This document shows positions 17,889 through 27,739 of a DNA stretch of 64,000 nt, one piece after another. How positions within the stretch are numbered: position 1 is the first letter of the stretch; each line of letters begins with the position of its first letter. The stretch is from a virus (taxonomy: Duplodnaviria; Heunggongvirae; Uroviricota; Caudoviricetes): the IMG/VR virus record IMGVR_UViG_3300021963_000036. The stretch is one strand, 5' to 3'. Below the pieces are notes generated by a model. It made no database searches. It worked only from the letters and a program-made list of their open reading frames with translations, and was not told the DNA's origin. A program made the position numbers and the translations under genes.

Positions 17889-20788
17889 TGTCACTCATCA
17901 GAATCAAACGATCAGGTTCTTCCGGATCACCTGGCGCACTCGCTCAAGGTGAAATGGCCTACTCGTTTCTTGGCGGTACACAGTCTAATGGCGGTGAACG
18001 TTTATATATCGGCACTGGTACAGAAACTGGCGGTATTGCAGCGAATATTGAAGTAATTGGTGGTAAATATTTCACTGATAAGTTAGATCATGTTCCGGGA
18101 ACGCTCACCGCAAGTTCAGCATTAATCGTTGACGCAGATAGTAAAATCGATGTACTCAATATCGATAATATCACCATCAACGGAAATTCAATTACATCTA
18201 CAGACGCAAATGGAAACATCGTTCTCGACCCAAATGGTACAGGAAGTGTTAACGTAAGTTCTGCTAAGATCATAAACCTTGCTACACCAACGACCGGCAC
18301 AGATGCTGCGACTAAACAATACGTCGATGATAGATTTGCAGGTGGCTCTGTTGCTATTCAAATCGCTGCAGACTCTGGTACAACCGATTCGGTATTAACG
18401 AACGAAATTGTCACCTTCACTGGCGATACTGGAATTACAACAACTGTAGCTAACAACTCAATCACTATTGATCTTGACGACACTGCTGTCACGCCGGGTT
18501 CGTATGGTAACACAACTTCTATCGCTACATTCACTGTAGATCAACAAGGTCGTTTGACCGCGGCAAGCACTGCAGCGATTGCAACAAACCTGTCAATCGC
18601 CGGTGATAGTGGTACAGACTCAGTTTCATTGCTCAGTGATACTCTTAATTTCAGTGGTAACACTGGTATCACCATTGCTGTTACTAATAATAGAGTCGAT
18701 GTAGATCTTGACGACACCGCAGTAACTCCTGGGTCATATGGTAATACAACTTCTATCGCTACATTTACTGTAGATCAACAAGGTCGTTTGACAGCAGCAG
18801 GTACTGCAGCAGTTGCTACGATTCTTAATATTGCTGGAAACTCTGGCACTGATGGTATATCACTTATCTCTGATACATTGTCTGTAATCGGTGATACAGC
18901 AATCACTGCTACAGTTACAAACAATACAATCACACTCAATCTAGACAACACCACTGTAACTCCTGGAACTTATGGTACAGCAACAGCAATTCCTACGATT
19001 GTTATAGATCAACAGGGTCGTATTACTTCATCGTTTGCGAACACGATTGCTATTCCTTCTACTCAGATCACAGATTTTGCAGAAGCTGTTCAAGATACTG
19101 TTGGTGGTATGCTCACCGGTACACAGAATGGTATCAGCGTAACCTATACTGATAATGGTGTAGGCGGCGGGTATCTTAACTTCGATGTTGCAGATCCTAC
19201 AATTACATTGAGTGGTGATGTTGTTGGTTCTGCAACAATGACAAATCTTGGTAACGTGACTATTAGCACTACGATCCAGCCAAACTCAGTTGCTCTTGGA
19301 ACTGACACAACTGGAGATTATGTGTCAAGTCTTGTTGCTGGAACCGGTGTTACACTTACGAATAATTCTGGTGAAAGCGCGACGCCAACAATTGCTATTG
19401 GGCAAGACGTATCAACTACATCTAACGTCACGTTTGCTTCGGCTACATTCACAGGTTCTGTGTCTATTGATGGTGACTTATACATCGGTGGTAACACCGC
19501 AAGCATTAGCGTGTCAAACCTCAGTGTTGACGATAACATAATCTATCTTAACGCGAATAGTACTGTTACAAATCCAGATATAGGATTTGTGGGCAACTAT
19601 AATGACGGTACCTACGCCCATACCGGCTTCTTCCGCGACGCAAGTGACGGATATTTTAAAGTATTTAAGGGATATACACTCGAACCGGACGTTGGGCCGT
19701 ACATTGACACCACACATGCTTCATTTGCGTTAGCAGATATTGAAGCAGCAAACTTCAGAGGTGCTTTGATTGGCAACGCTGATACTGCGACCAAGTGGGC
19801 AACTGCTAGAACAATTAATCTCTCTGGAGACGTAAATGGTTCTGTGTCTATCGATGGTACAGCTAACGTAACTATCACTACAACGATTCAACCAGATTCA
19901 GTCGCTCTTGGAACTGACACAACTGGTAACTATGCAGGTTCTGTTGCAGTATCTGGTAATGGTCTATCTATCATTGGCACGGCTGGTGAAGGAACTGATT
20001 ATACAATCAACTCAAATGCTACAAGTCTAGTAACTGCTTCTACTATTGTTTACAGAGATGCATCTTCTAACTTTGCAGCAAATACGATTACCGCTGCGCT
20101 TGTTGGTAATGCTTCAACAGCAACTACATTACAAACCGCAAGAACTATATCTCTTTCTGGAGACGTTGCAGGTTCGGTATCGTTTGATGGCAGCGGCAAC
20201 GTTAATATCACAACAGCAGTACAGCCGGATTCGGTTGCTCTTGGAACTGACACTACTGGTAACTATGTTGCATCGATCACGAATGGTAACTATATTACTG
20301 GCGCTGATAGTGGATCAGAAGCTTCTGCACTTACTTTAAACGTTGATGCTACAACTACTCCAACACCAAACAAAGTTGTTGCTCGTGATGCATCTGGTAA
20401 CTTCTCAGCAAATACTATCACTGCTGCTCTTACTGGTAATGCTTCTACGGCAACTACACTTCAAACTGCTCGTACGATTACACTGTCCGGAGACGTTGCA
20501 GGTTCTATATCGTTCAATGGTAGTTCAGACGTCAATATAAGTACTACAATACAGGCTGATTCAGTAGCTCTTGGAACTGACACAACCGGTAACTATGTTG
20601 CTACTATCGCAGTTACATCCGGTACTGGTTTAAGTATATCTGGATCAGGTTCTGAAACAGCTGCAGTTACTCTTGCAGGTATTGATGCTACTACATCTGT
20701 TAAAGGTGTTGCAAGCTTCAGTTCAACTAACTTTACAGTTACTTCTGGTGCAGTATCAATTAGCACTATAGATGGTGGAACTTACTAA
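17888..20788 (+). CDS. Tail fibre protein 2
   Basis: N-terminal IRIKRS...L..GE.AY attachment motif; repeats TPGSYGNTTSIATFTVDQQGR and DSVALGTDTTGNY. Confidence 0.8.
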   Translation: MSLIRIKRSGSSGSPGALAQGEMAYSFLGGTQSNGGERLYIGTGTETGGIAANIEVIGGKYFTDKLDHVPGTLTASSALIVDADSKIDVLNIDNITINGNSITSTDANGNIVLDPNGTGSVNVSSAKIINLATPTTGTDAATKQYVDDRFAGGSVAIQIAADSGTTDSVLTNEIVTFTGDTGITTTVANNSITIDLDDTAVTPGSYGNTTSIATFTVDQQGRLTAASTAAIATNLSIAGDSGTDSVSLLSDTLNFSGNTGITIAVTNNRVDVDLDDTAVTPGSYGNTTSIATFTVDQQGRLTAAGTAAVATILNIAGNSGTDGISLISDTLSVIGDTAITATVTNNTITLNLDNTTVTPGTYGTATAIPTIVIDQQGRITSSFANTIAIPSTQITDFAEAVQDTVGGMLTGTQNGISVTYTDNGVGGGYLNFDVADPTITLSGDVVGSATMTNLGNVTISTTIQPNSVALGTDTTGDYVSSLVAGTGVTLTNNSGESATPTIAIGQDVSTTSNVTFASATFTGSVSIDGDLYIGGNTASISVSNLSVDDNIIYLNANSTVTNPDIGFVGNYNDGTYAHTGFFRDASDGYFKVFKGYTLEPDVGPYIDTTHASFALADIEAANFRGALIGNADTATKWATARTINLSGDVNGSVSIDGTANVTITTTIQPDSVALGTDTTGNYAGSVAVSGNGLSIIGTAGEGTDYTINSNATSLVTASTIVYRDASSNFAANTITAALVGNASTATTLQTARTISLSGDVAGSVSFDGSGNVNITTAVQPDSVALGTDTTGNYVASITNGNYITGADSGSEASALTLNVDATTTPTPNKVVARDASGNFSANTITAALTGNASTATTLQTARTITLSGDVAGSISFNGSSDVNISTTIQADSVALGTDTTGNYVATIAVTSGTGLSISGSGSETAAVTLAGIDATTSVKGVASFSSTNFTVTSGAVSISTIDGGTY
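18362..19063 (+). repeat. 3 x 234-nt (78-aa) coding tandem repeat in fibre 2
   Basis: IA(A/G)(D/N)SGT units start at 18362, 18596 and 18830, with near-identical DNA between units 1 and 2. Confidence 0.8.
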
Positions 20789-20836
20789 TACTATAATCTC
20801 ATAGGCTATATAGCCATTATACACAGATGAGGACAC

Positions 20837-23800
20837 ATGTCAACACTTATTAAAGCAAAAAGAAGCTCTGTACAGGGCAAAGTTCCTCTTACTACGGACT
20901 TAGAACTCGGCGAGTTTGCTATCAACACGTTTGACGGCAAACTCTTCATTAAAAAGAATGTGAATGGTACCGAAAGTATCATTGACATAACTGCAGCTGC
21001 AGTTCCTACACTAGATAGCGTAGTCATTGGTGGAAATACCACGACAAATTCTATTACCGTTGGTGGACTTACTGTTAATGGCGATATTACTGTAACTGGT
21101 ACGGTGGACGGTCGCGACGTATCTGTAGATGGAACTAAACTAGACGGCATTGAATCTGGGGCCACCGGTGATCAAACCGCAACTGAAATTCTTACTGCTA
21201 TTAAAACTGTTGACGGGTCTGGATCTGGACTTGACTCTGATCTTTTAGACGGTCAAGACGGATCATATTATCTGGATTGGACAAACGCTACAAACAAACC
21301 GGATCCAGTAATTACCCTTGCTGGCGATCTGAGTGGATCTGTTACACTTACCGATCTTGCATCAGGTACACTCACTGCTACTATTGTCGCAGATTCGGTT
21401 GCTCTTGGAACGGATACCACCGGTAACTATGTTGCTTCGATTACAAATGGATCTTACATTACCGGTGGAAACGGCGGCTCTGAAGGCGCTGCGCTTACCC
21501 TTGCCGTAGATGCTGCTACGACTGCTACTGCGTCAAAGGTCGTAGCAAGGGATGCATCTGGTAACTTTAGCGCTAATACGATTACTGCAGCCCTTACTGG
21601 CAATGCTACAACTGCAACAACTTTGCAGACATCCAGAACTATTGGCGGAGTTTCATTCGACGGTTCTGCAAACATTAACTTACCCGGAGTTAATACCACA
21701 GGCAATCAAAATACTACTGGTTCGGCAGCAACACTTACTACTGCTAGAACTATTTCTCTTGGTGGGGATCTTTCAGGTTCAGCGTCGTTTAACGGATCCA
21801 CCAATATAACGATCACTGCGACAGTTCAACCAGATTCAGTTGCTCTTGGAACTGATACAACTGGTAACTACGTTTCAAGCGTAACCGGTGGCACAGGTGT
21901 GACTATTACCGGCACAATCGGTGAAGGTTGGTCGCCGACTATTTCTATCGGCCAAAACGTTGCCACAACATCTAACGTAGAATTTCATGATCTGATCCTT
22001 TCTGGAAACCTCACGATTAACGGTACAACAACTACTATTAACGCTACTGAACTAGCGATTAGCGATAACATAATTTATTTGAATGATGGTCTCGCCGTAG
22101 CTAATCCAGATCTTGGTATTGTTGGTAATTATAACGATGGTACCACCTATGCCCATACTGGTGTATTCAGAGACGCTACTGATGACCGTTGGAAATTTTT
22201 CAAAGGATATACGCCGGAACCTGGCCAAACAATTGACACTGCTCACGCCTCATTCCAATATGCCGATGTACAGGCAAATACATTCTATGGTGCATTAAGC
22301 GGTAATGCGACAACAGCTACAACTCTACAGACTGCAAGAACGATCGCAATCAGCGGTGATATAACTGGAACAGCAACTTCATTCAACGGCGGCGCTGATA
22401 TTACTATTTCATCAGCGATTACTGCTGGTGCAATTGTTAATGCTGACATCAATGCAAGTGCTGCAATTGCCGATACTAAACTTGCTACTATCTCAACAGT
22501 AGGCAAGGTATTAAATTCTGCTACAACCGCAACTAACCTGAATACTGCAAGCGCTATTGTAGCACGAGATGCTTCCGGAAACTTTACAGCCGGCACAATT
22601 ACTGCGGCACTTACCGGAGCAGCTTCGAGTAACGTATTGAAAGCTGGCGATACAATGACCGGCAAATTAAACACTGCTGGAAATGATAGTGCTAGATTAA
22701 TTGAAAGTTTAAATACAAGCGCAAGTAGTGCAATTCAATTTTATGTCGAACATAACCTCGCTACGACAAATGTAGGAAATGCACGAGGAGTGCTCAATCT
22801 TGTGAGCACCGGTGCACTCACCATCGGTGGAAGTGTTGCTCTTACAGCAAGCAACTACAGCACTTATGCGTCGCCTCTTGCTGGATCATCGTCGTTAACT
22901 ACTACTGGCACAGTTACATCTGGTACATGGTCAGGATCATTCGGTGCAGTGTCAGGTGCAAACTTAACATCACTAACCGCTGGTAACTTGACCGGAACTA
23001 TTCCATCAGCCGTTTTAGGTAACTCAACCCATTATATCGGTACTACCGCAATTGCCCTTAACAGGGCAAGCGGTTCGCAAACTCTAACGGGCGTTAGTAT
23101 TGATGGTAATGCTGCCACAGTAACAAACGGTGCTCTCACTACCGGAACATTAGCACAATTTGCCGCCACCACTTCCTCCCAACTTGCCGGTGTTATCTCG
23201 GACGAAACTGGATCGGGCGCGCTTGTATTTGGTACGTCACCTTCATTTACAACTGGTATTAACGCTGCTAGTGCAACGATGGCACTATTTGACACCACAG
23301 CAACAACTGTAGATGCGTTCGGTGCTGCCACGTCACTCAATTTGGGTTATGATGGTACAGCGTCATCGTCAACAACAAATATATCAGGTGGCGCAGCAGC
23401 CTCTGCAGTAACAAAGACGATTAATATTGGTATAAATGGTGCTTCTGGATCTATCACAAACATTAATATTGGCTCTGCGACTGCTGGAGCAGTCGGTAAT
23501 ACAGTAGTTAACTCTACATCGCTAATTGTTCCGGGCAATATGTCTGTCGGTTCAAATATTCTTGCTACTACTGGACCAATTCTAACGCTCGGCACTCTTG
23601 CCGGCGGTGGTTCTGGTTATATGGACGGTACACATACTAACCAAGGTCTTACAGGTGGTACTGGTGCGTATATGCTTGGCACGGTTACTGTTGCGCTTGG
23701 AGTTGTAACCGCTATTACTCTTACTTGGGGTGGTCATAGATATTCGGCAGGCGATGTTCTTACTGTGCCTTCGTTATCTACAACTTTAGCTACAACTGCT

Positions 23801-24913
23801 GCTAGCGGTAGTGGTACTACTGTAACGCTCACATTTGCTGCTCAAGCTGCAGCACCGTTTCAAGTCGGTTCACAAATTATTGTAGCGGGTGTTACACCTA
23901 CTGGTTACAACGGAACATTTACCGTCACTGCATGTACGACAACCACGGTTTCTTATGCGAATGCAACGACAGGTGCTCAGACTGTTGCAGGCACAGTTAA
24001 GATGGGCGCTGCACTCACGAACTCAACTATTCCAGTAGCTACAGTACAAGGCACTGATGTATACGTATCTTCTTGGACATCAGACTCAATTGGTGCAAGA
24101 ATTCGTCTTGAAGCAAATGATACCTCAATATCTGCTGGTCAAGAATATGGTGCAATCGCCTTTAGTAGTCGTGATGCTACTGTAAATGGATCTGGCGATT
24201 TAGCATTAATCCGTGGGGTTGCCGTTAATACTTCCGGTGGTGGCGAAATACAATTCTGGACTGCAGGAAATGGCGAAGCACCTAATATATCAGCAACTAT
24301 TACTTCAGGCGGAAACTTTAGACTTTATAACGCGGCTGGTACATTCTATTCAGAGCTTGCAAACAGCCCAACTGCAAACAGAACAATTAGTTTCCCAGAT
24401 TCCACGTTTACTGTAGCAGGAACTAATATAGCTCAGACATTTACTGCTGTTCAAACACATAGCGCAAATATTATACCTTCAACCACAGCTGCATACGATC
24501 TTGGCACAACCGCACTCCGCTGGAACGTTATGTATGGTACAGCAACTGCTGCTCGATACGCTGACCTTGCAGAAAAGTATCTAGCAGATGATGAGTATCC
24601 CGTAGGTACCGTTATGAGTGTTGGTGGTGAAGCAGAAGTAACTGCTGCAACTCCTGAAACAGCACATTCAATCGTAGGTGTTGTCTCTGAAAAGCCAGCC
24701 TATCTTATGAATGACTGCTTAGAAGGTGGTACGGCAATCGCACTTCGCGGCCGTGTTCCAGTAAGAGTAGTTGGAGTAGTGAAAAAAGGCGACAGACTTA
24801 CAGTCTCTACTACTCCGGGTTGTGCAGTTTCTGACAACAACGCAGTTAGATCCTTTGCAATTGCCCTGCATGATTCAAACAAAACTGAAATAGTAGAAGC
24901 AATCATTCTATGA
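20837..24913 (+). CDS. Tail fibre protein 3 with C-terminal intramolecular-chaperone-like domain
   Basis: N-terminal IKAKRSS...P...L..GE..IN..DGKLF, repeat modules shared with fibres 1 and 2, C-terminal YADLAEKY...ALRGRVPV. Confidence 0.8.
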   Translation: MSTLIKAKRSSVQGKVPLTTDLELGEFAINTFDGKLFIKKNVNGTESIIDITAAAVPTLDSVVIGGNTTTNSITVGGLTVNGDITVTGTVDGRDVSVDGTKLDGIESGATGDQTATEILTAIKTVDGSGSGLDSDLLDGQDGSYYLDWTNATNKPDPVITLAGDLSGSVTLTDLASGTLTATIVADSVALGTDTTGNYVASITNGSYITGGNGGSEGAALTLAVDAATTATASKVVARDASGNFSANTITAALTGNATTATTLQTSRTIGGVSFDGSANINLPGVNTTGNQNTTGSAATLTTARTISLGGDLSGSASFNGSTNITITATVQPDSVALGTDTTGNYVSSVTGGTGVTITGTIGEGWSPTISIGQNVATTSNVEFHDLILSGNLTINGTTTTINATELAISDNIIYLNDGLAVANPDLGIVGNYNDGTTYAHTGVFRDATDDRWKFFKGYTPEPGQTIDTAHASFQYADVQANTFYGALSGNATTATTLQTARTIAISGDITGTATSFNGGADITISSAITAGAIVNADINASAAIADTKLATISTVGKVLNSATTATNLNTASAIVARDASGNFTAGTITAALTGAASSNVLKAGDTMTGKLNTAGNDSARLIESLNTSASSAIQFYVEHNLATTNVGNARGVLNLVSTGALTIGGSVALTASNYSTYASPLAGSSSLTTTGTVTSGTWSGSFGAVSGANLTSLTAGNLTGTIPSAVLGNSTHYIGTTAIALNRASGSQTLTGVSIDGNAATVTNGALTTGTLAQFAATTSSQLAGVISDETGSGALVFGTSPSFTTGINAASATMALFDTTATTVDAFGAATSLNLGYDGTASSSTTNISGGAAASAVTKTINIGINGASGSITNINIGSATAGAVGNTVVNSTSLIVPGNMSVGSNILATTGPILTLGTLAGGGSGYMDGTHTNQGLTGGTGAYMLGTVTVALGVVTAITLTWGGHRYSAGDVLTVPSLSTTLATTAASGSGTTVTLTFAAQAAAPFQVGSQIIVAGVTPTGYNGTFTVTACTTTTVSYANATTGAQTVAGTVKMGAALTNSTIPVATVQGTDVYVSSWTSDSIGARIRLEANDTSISAGQEYGAIAFSSRDATVNGSGDLALIRGVAVNTSGGGEIQFWTAGNGEAPNISATITSGGNFRLYNAAGTFYSELANSPTANRTISFPDSTFTVAGTNIAQTFTAVQTHSANIIPSTTAAYDLGTTALRWNVMYGTATAARYADLAEKYLADDEYPVGTVMSVGGEAEVTAATPETAHSIVGVVSEKPAYLMNDCLEGGTAIALRGRVPVRVVGVVKKGDRLTVSTTPGCAVSDNNAVRSFAIALHDSNKTEIVEAIIL

Positions 24914-25410
24914 TAACAACAAGTGAAGCGTATGAGATTCTTTCTCATACGCTATTATATGAGCAGAAGTTAGTAAGAGCAATAGACACTCAGCACCTTC
25001 AACACGACGTGCACGACTTCGGTGAACTCATTCGGTATAGATCAAGCGGATGTTCGATCAAAGTTGAAGGAATGGAACGATTTTCTATTGACATCTTCAA
25101 CCAAGGTAGATTGTATGCTAAGTCGTATCTGCACGACGGTCCAGTGACTTGCCATATGTTCATCTCTCCGGCCGGTTCACCATCATTTCCGATGCATACC
25201 GATCCAGATCATGTAATCATACATTGCTGCGAAGGTATTAAGCGGATGAAGATTCGAGATGATATGATTGATCTTCATCCTGGCTCGTACGCATATATAC
25301 CTTATGATACGCCACATATGGCGTTGAATGAGTATGATGCTCTTACACTTAGTTTTGGATTAGAGCGATTTTTGAAGGACAAGATGAATGAACTGGGTGT
25401 TCTATCTTAA
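24910..25410 (+). CDS. JmjC/cupin-type Fe(II)/2OG oxygenase
   Basis: SFPMHTDPDHVII...EGIKRM (HxD) and YIPYDTPHMA (distal His). Confidence 0.7.
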   Translation: MITTSEAYEILSHTLLYEQKLVRAIDTQHLQHDVHDFGELIRYRSSGCSIKVEGMERFSIDIFNQGRLYAKSYLHDGPVTCHMFISPAGSPSFPMHTDPDHVIIHCCEGIKRMKIRDDMIDLHPGSYAYIPYDTPHMALNEYDALTLSFGLERFLKDKMNELGVLS

Positions 25411-26407
25411 GACTACTGAAACGTGCAATCTGAATTGCAGTCATTGTTTCACAAATGGTATCAATGGAGCAAAGATCTATTTTGATCCGGTAAAAGTATC
25501 GAATTGGATTCACAACTTTCATAAAGAAAAATTCAAAGACGGCGATACGATTCACTATGAGTTTCATGGCGGAGAACCGTTTCTTGCACCACTAGAACAC
25601 ATGAAAATGGTTGTAGACCGATGCAAAGATTTATCAACTAATCAATCATTCGGAGCAACGACCAATTTAACATACAAGTTAAAACAGGATCAGATAGAGT
25701 TTATAAAAAATGAACTTGGTGGTAGGATTGGCACATCCTGGGATCCTAAGATTCGGTTCACTAATAACAAGCAATATAAGTTGTGGCATTCTAACGTTAA
25801 GACCTTGCTAGCCGAAGGCATTCACGTCAAGTTGTTTATAAGCGTCACTCGAGATACGATCTCTTATAAGCCGATCACGTTACTGCGATGGATTCGTAGA
25901 CTTGGAGTTCAAGAAGTATCGTTTGAGCGGTTAACAAGTAACGGATCAGCTAAGATGTTTCCACACATTTTCCCAACTAATATAGAGCTTAATAAGTGGT
26001 TTGTAGACCTACACCTCGACTCCGAACATTATCAGGCTCGCAATTGGTTTGATAACGAATCTTTAGAGAACATATATTCTAAGTTTGAAAAGGGGTACAC
26101 TTGTGCTGGAACTTTCTGTAGAGATTGTGAAGAAAAGATTTTCACAATAAACGCGGATGGCACAATATCTGGTTGTCCTAATGCTGCACCAGAGTTTCAT
26201 TATGGATCAATAGACGACACTGTTAGCGCCATTATAAATAGTCCAAGAAGGCTTCGTAGTATTGTAGAAGAACGAAGCAGAAACCCTAAGTGCTACACAT
26301 GCCCAGTCTTTCAGTATTGTAATGGCGATTGCCATCAGTTAGAATGGCAAGATGACATATGTGGAGCTCCGAAGAGTCTGATGAAATTATTGGCTAAGAT
26401 GGAATAA
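25388..26407 (+). CDS. Radical SAM/SPASM protein
   Basis: CNLNCSHC, FHGGEPF, CAGTFCRDC...GCPN, CYTCPVFQYCNGDC...C. Confidence 0.85.
   Translation: MNWVFYLKTTETCNLNCSHCFTNGINGAKIYFDPVKVSNWIHNFHKEKFKDGDTIHYEFHGGEPFLAPLEHMKMVVDRCKDLSTNQSFGATTNLTYKLKQDQIEFIKNELGGRIGTSWDPKIRFTNNKQYKLWHSNVKTLLAEGIHVKLFISVTRDTISYKPITLLRWIRRLGVQEVSFERLTSNGSAKMFPHIFPTNIELNKWFVDLHLDSEHYQARNWFDNESLENIYSKFEKGYTCAGTFCRDCEEKIFTINADGTISGCPNAAPEFHYGSIDDTVSAIINSPRRLRSIVEERSRNPKCYTCPVFQYCNGDCHQLEWQDDICGAPKSLMKLLAKME
26233..26240 (+). promoter_or_regulatory. T4 late promoter
   Basis: Exact TATAAATA about 170 nt upstream of the 26410 ORF. Confidence 0.55.
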
Positions 26408-26409
26408 GT

Positions 26410-27024
26410 ATGGCTACTTTAACAAATAACATAAATGACCAAAACGTAGTAGACCGTTTCGCTGACTATGTTGTTGCAACTGCAAATGCTAGTATTATAT
26501 ATGCTGATAATGCTAACCCATTCGCACCAACTTATTCATCGTATTTCCCAAACATATGGGGTGGCTCGACAACGGGTAAAACGATCGGTATCACTGGAAC
26601 AAACTTAGGAGGTACTGGATCACTTATTACTGCTGCAACAATCGTAAGTGTGTTGCGTGCAGAAACTACCGCATATACTCGAATTAGAAACCTCAGAGCA
26701 GTATTAACGATTAGTGGAGCTGGCAATACCGTCGGTGCTGGTACTAGAGTCGATGCTGGCCCGATTACTGGTCAGGGTCCTGGAAACATTATTGACGTCA
26801 CTGGTAAAGCAAATCTTAGCACAACATATCTGCAAACTTTAGGCGCGACTGCGTCAACTGGTATAGCTACTGATAGTGATATTAATACTTTGAATTTAGA
26901 AACATTTTTTACGAATTTGCGAACTGCATATACTACTGCTAGGGATACTGTACAACTACAGCAAGTTACAGTATGTCACGCATCATGTCACAGCAATTGC
27001 CACAGCTCGCGTGGTCGGAGATAA
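26410..27024 (+). CDS. Fibre-like protein with C-terminal (CHxx)3 tail; putative radical SAM substrate
   Basis: T/A/G-rich body ending VCHASCHSNCHSSRGRR; its only Cys and His residues are in the tail. Confidence 0.65.
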   Translation: MATLTNNINDQNVVDRFADYVVATANASIIYADNANPFAPTYSSYFPNIWGGSTTGKTIGITGTNLGGTGSLITAATIVSVLRAETTAYTRIRNLRAVLTISGAGNTVGAGTRVDAGPITGQGPGNIIDVTGKANLSTTYLQTLGATASTGIATDSDINTLNLETFFTNLRTAYTTARDTVQLQQVTVCHASCHSNCHSSRGRR

Positions 27025-27028
27025 TATT

Positions 27029-27739
27029 ATGAGTGTCATTTACACCAAAGCCCCTATCGGTTTAGAAGACCTGAAAGTGTATTTTCAAGACAAAGATACT
27101 AAGTACTTAATCGATTATGGTACATCAGATCTGAAAGGTGAAAAACTATTAACATATCTCGGTAATCTAGATATACCTTGCGATATCATATACGATAATG
27201 ATGAATCGTTATTTGAAATGGTTGAAGCATATCTCAAGTTTAATCACATTGTAAACATTGAATCGTTAGAGTCAAGAGTAATTGACATGATCTTTCAACG
27301 AAAGAATCTTAAGCCACAATTCACACCAGAGATTATTGATAAATTTTCTGGTATGCTTGATCAATGGATTCAAAAATTAGAATCGCTTGTACTCTTCAAT
27401 ATATTCTGTGTAAATGACGAGACACTCAAAGATTATGTTCGCGCACAAAAAGAAGATGATACTAATAGTACAGAAGGTATCAACTTTGTCAGTCTGCTGA
27501 AGCATCAAAATTTCTATACCTTTTTCGAAGGTGTTAATGAGTCTGATCTTATATACTACTCTAAATACTTTAATGAATATATGTTTAAAGGAAAAAACTT
27601 ATATTCGTATTGGGCAAATGAGAATAACCCGATGTTTCTTCTTACTTGGGGAATCGTTACTGGTGGCTTTGAAAACCAAGATTATATAGATGCAAAGATA
27701 AAATCAATCGGAGAAGTAGTCGATGTTTCACCTGTTTAA
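27029..27739 (+). CDS. Hypothetical protein
   Basis: ATG at 27029, just after the previous stop. Confidence 0.6.
   Translation: MSVIYTKAPIGLEDLKVYFQDKDTKYLIDYGTSDLKGEKLLTYLGNLDIPCDIIYDNDESLFEMVEAYLKFNHIVNIESLESRVIDMIFQRKNLKPQFTPEIIDKFSGMLDQWIQKLESLVLFNIFCVNDETLKDYVRAQKEDDTNSTEGINFVSLLKHQNFYTFFEGVNESDLIYYSKYFNEYMFKGKNLYSYWANENNPMFLLTWGIVTGGFENQDYIDAKIKSIGEVVDVSPV

Noticed and set aside
26974-27012. CHASCHSNCH as a c-type heme-binding motif
   Set aside because: Spacing is CxxxCH rather than CxxCH, and there is no signal peptide or cytochrome maturation gene in the window.
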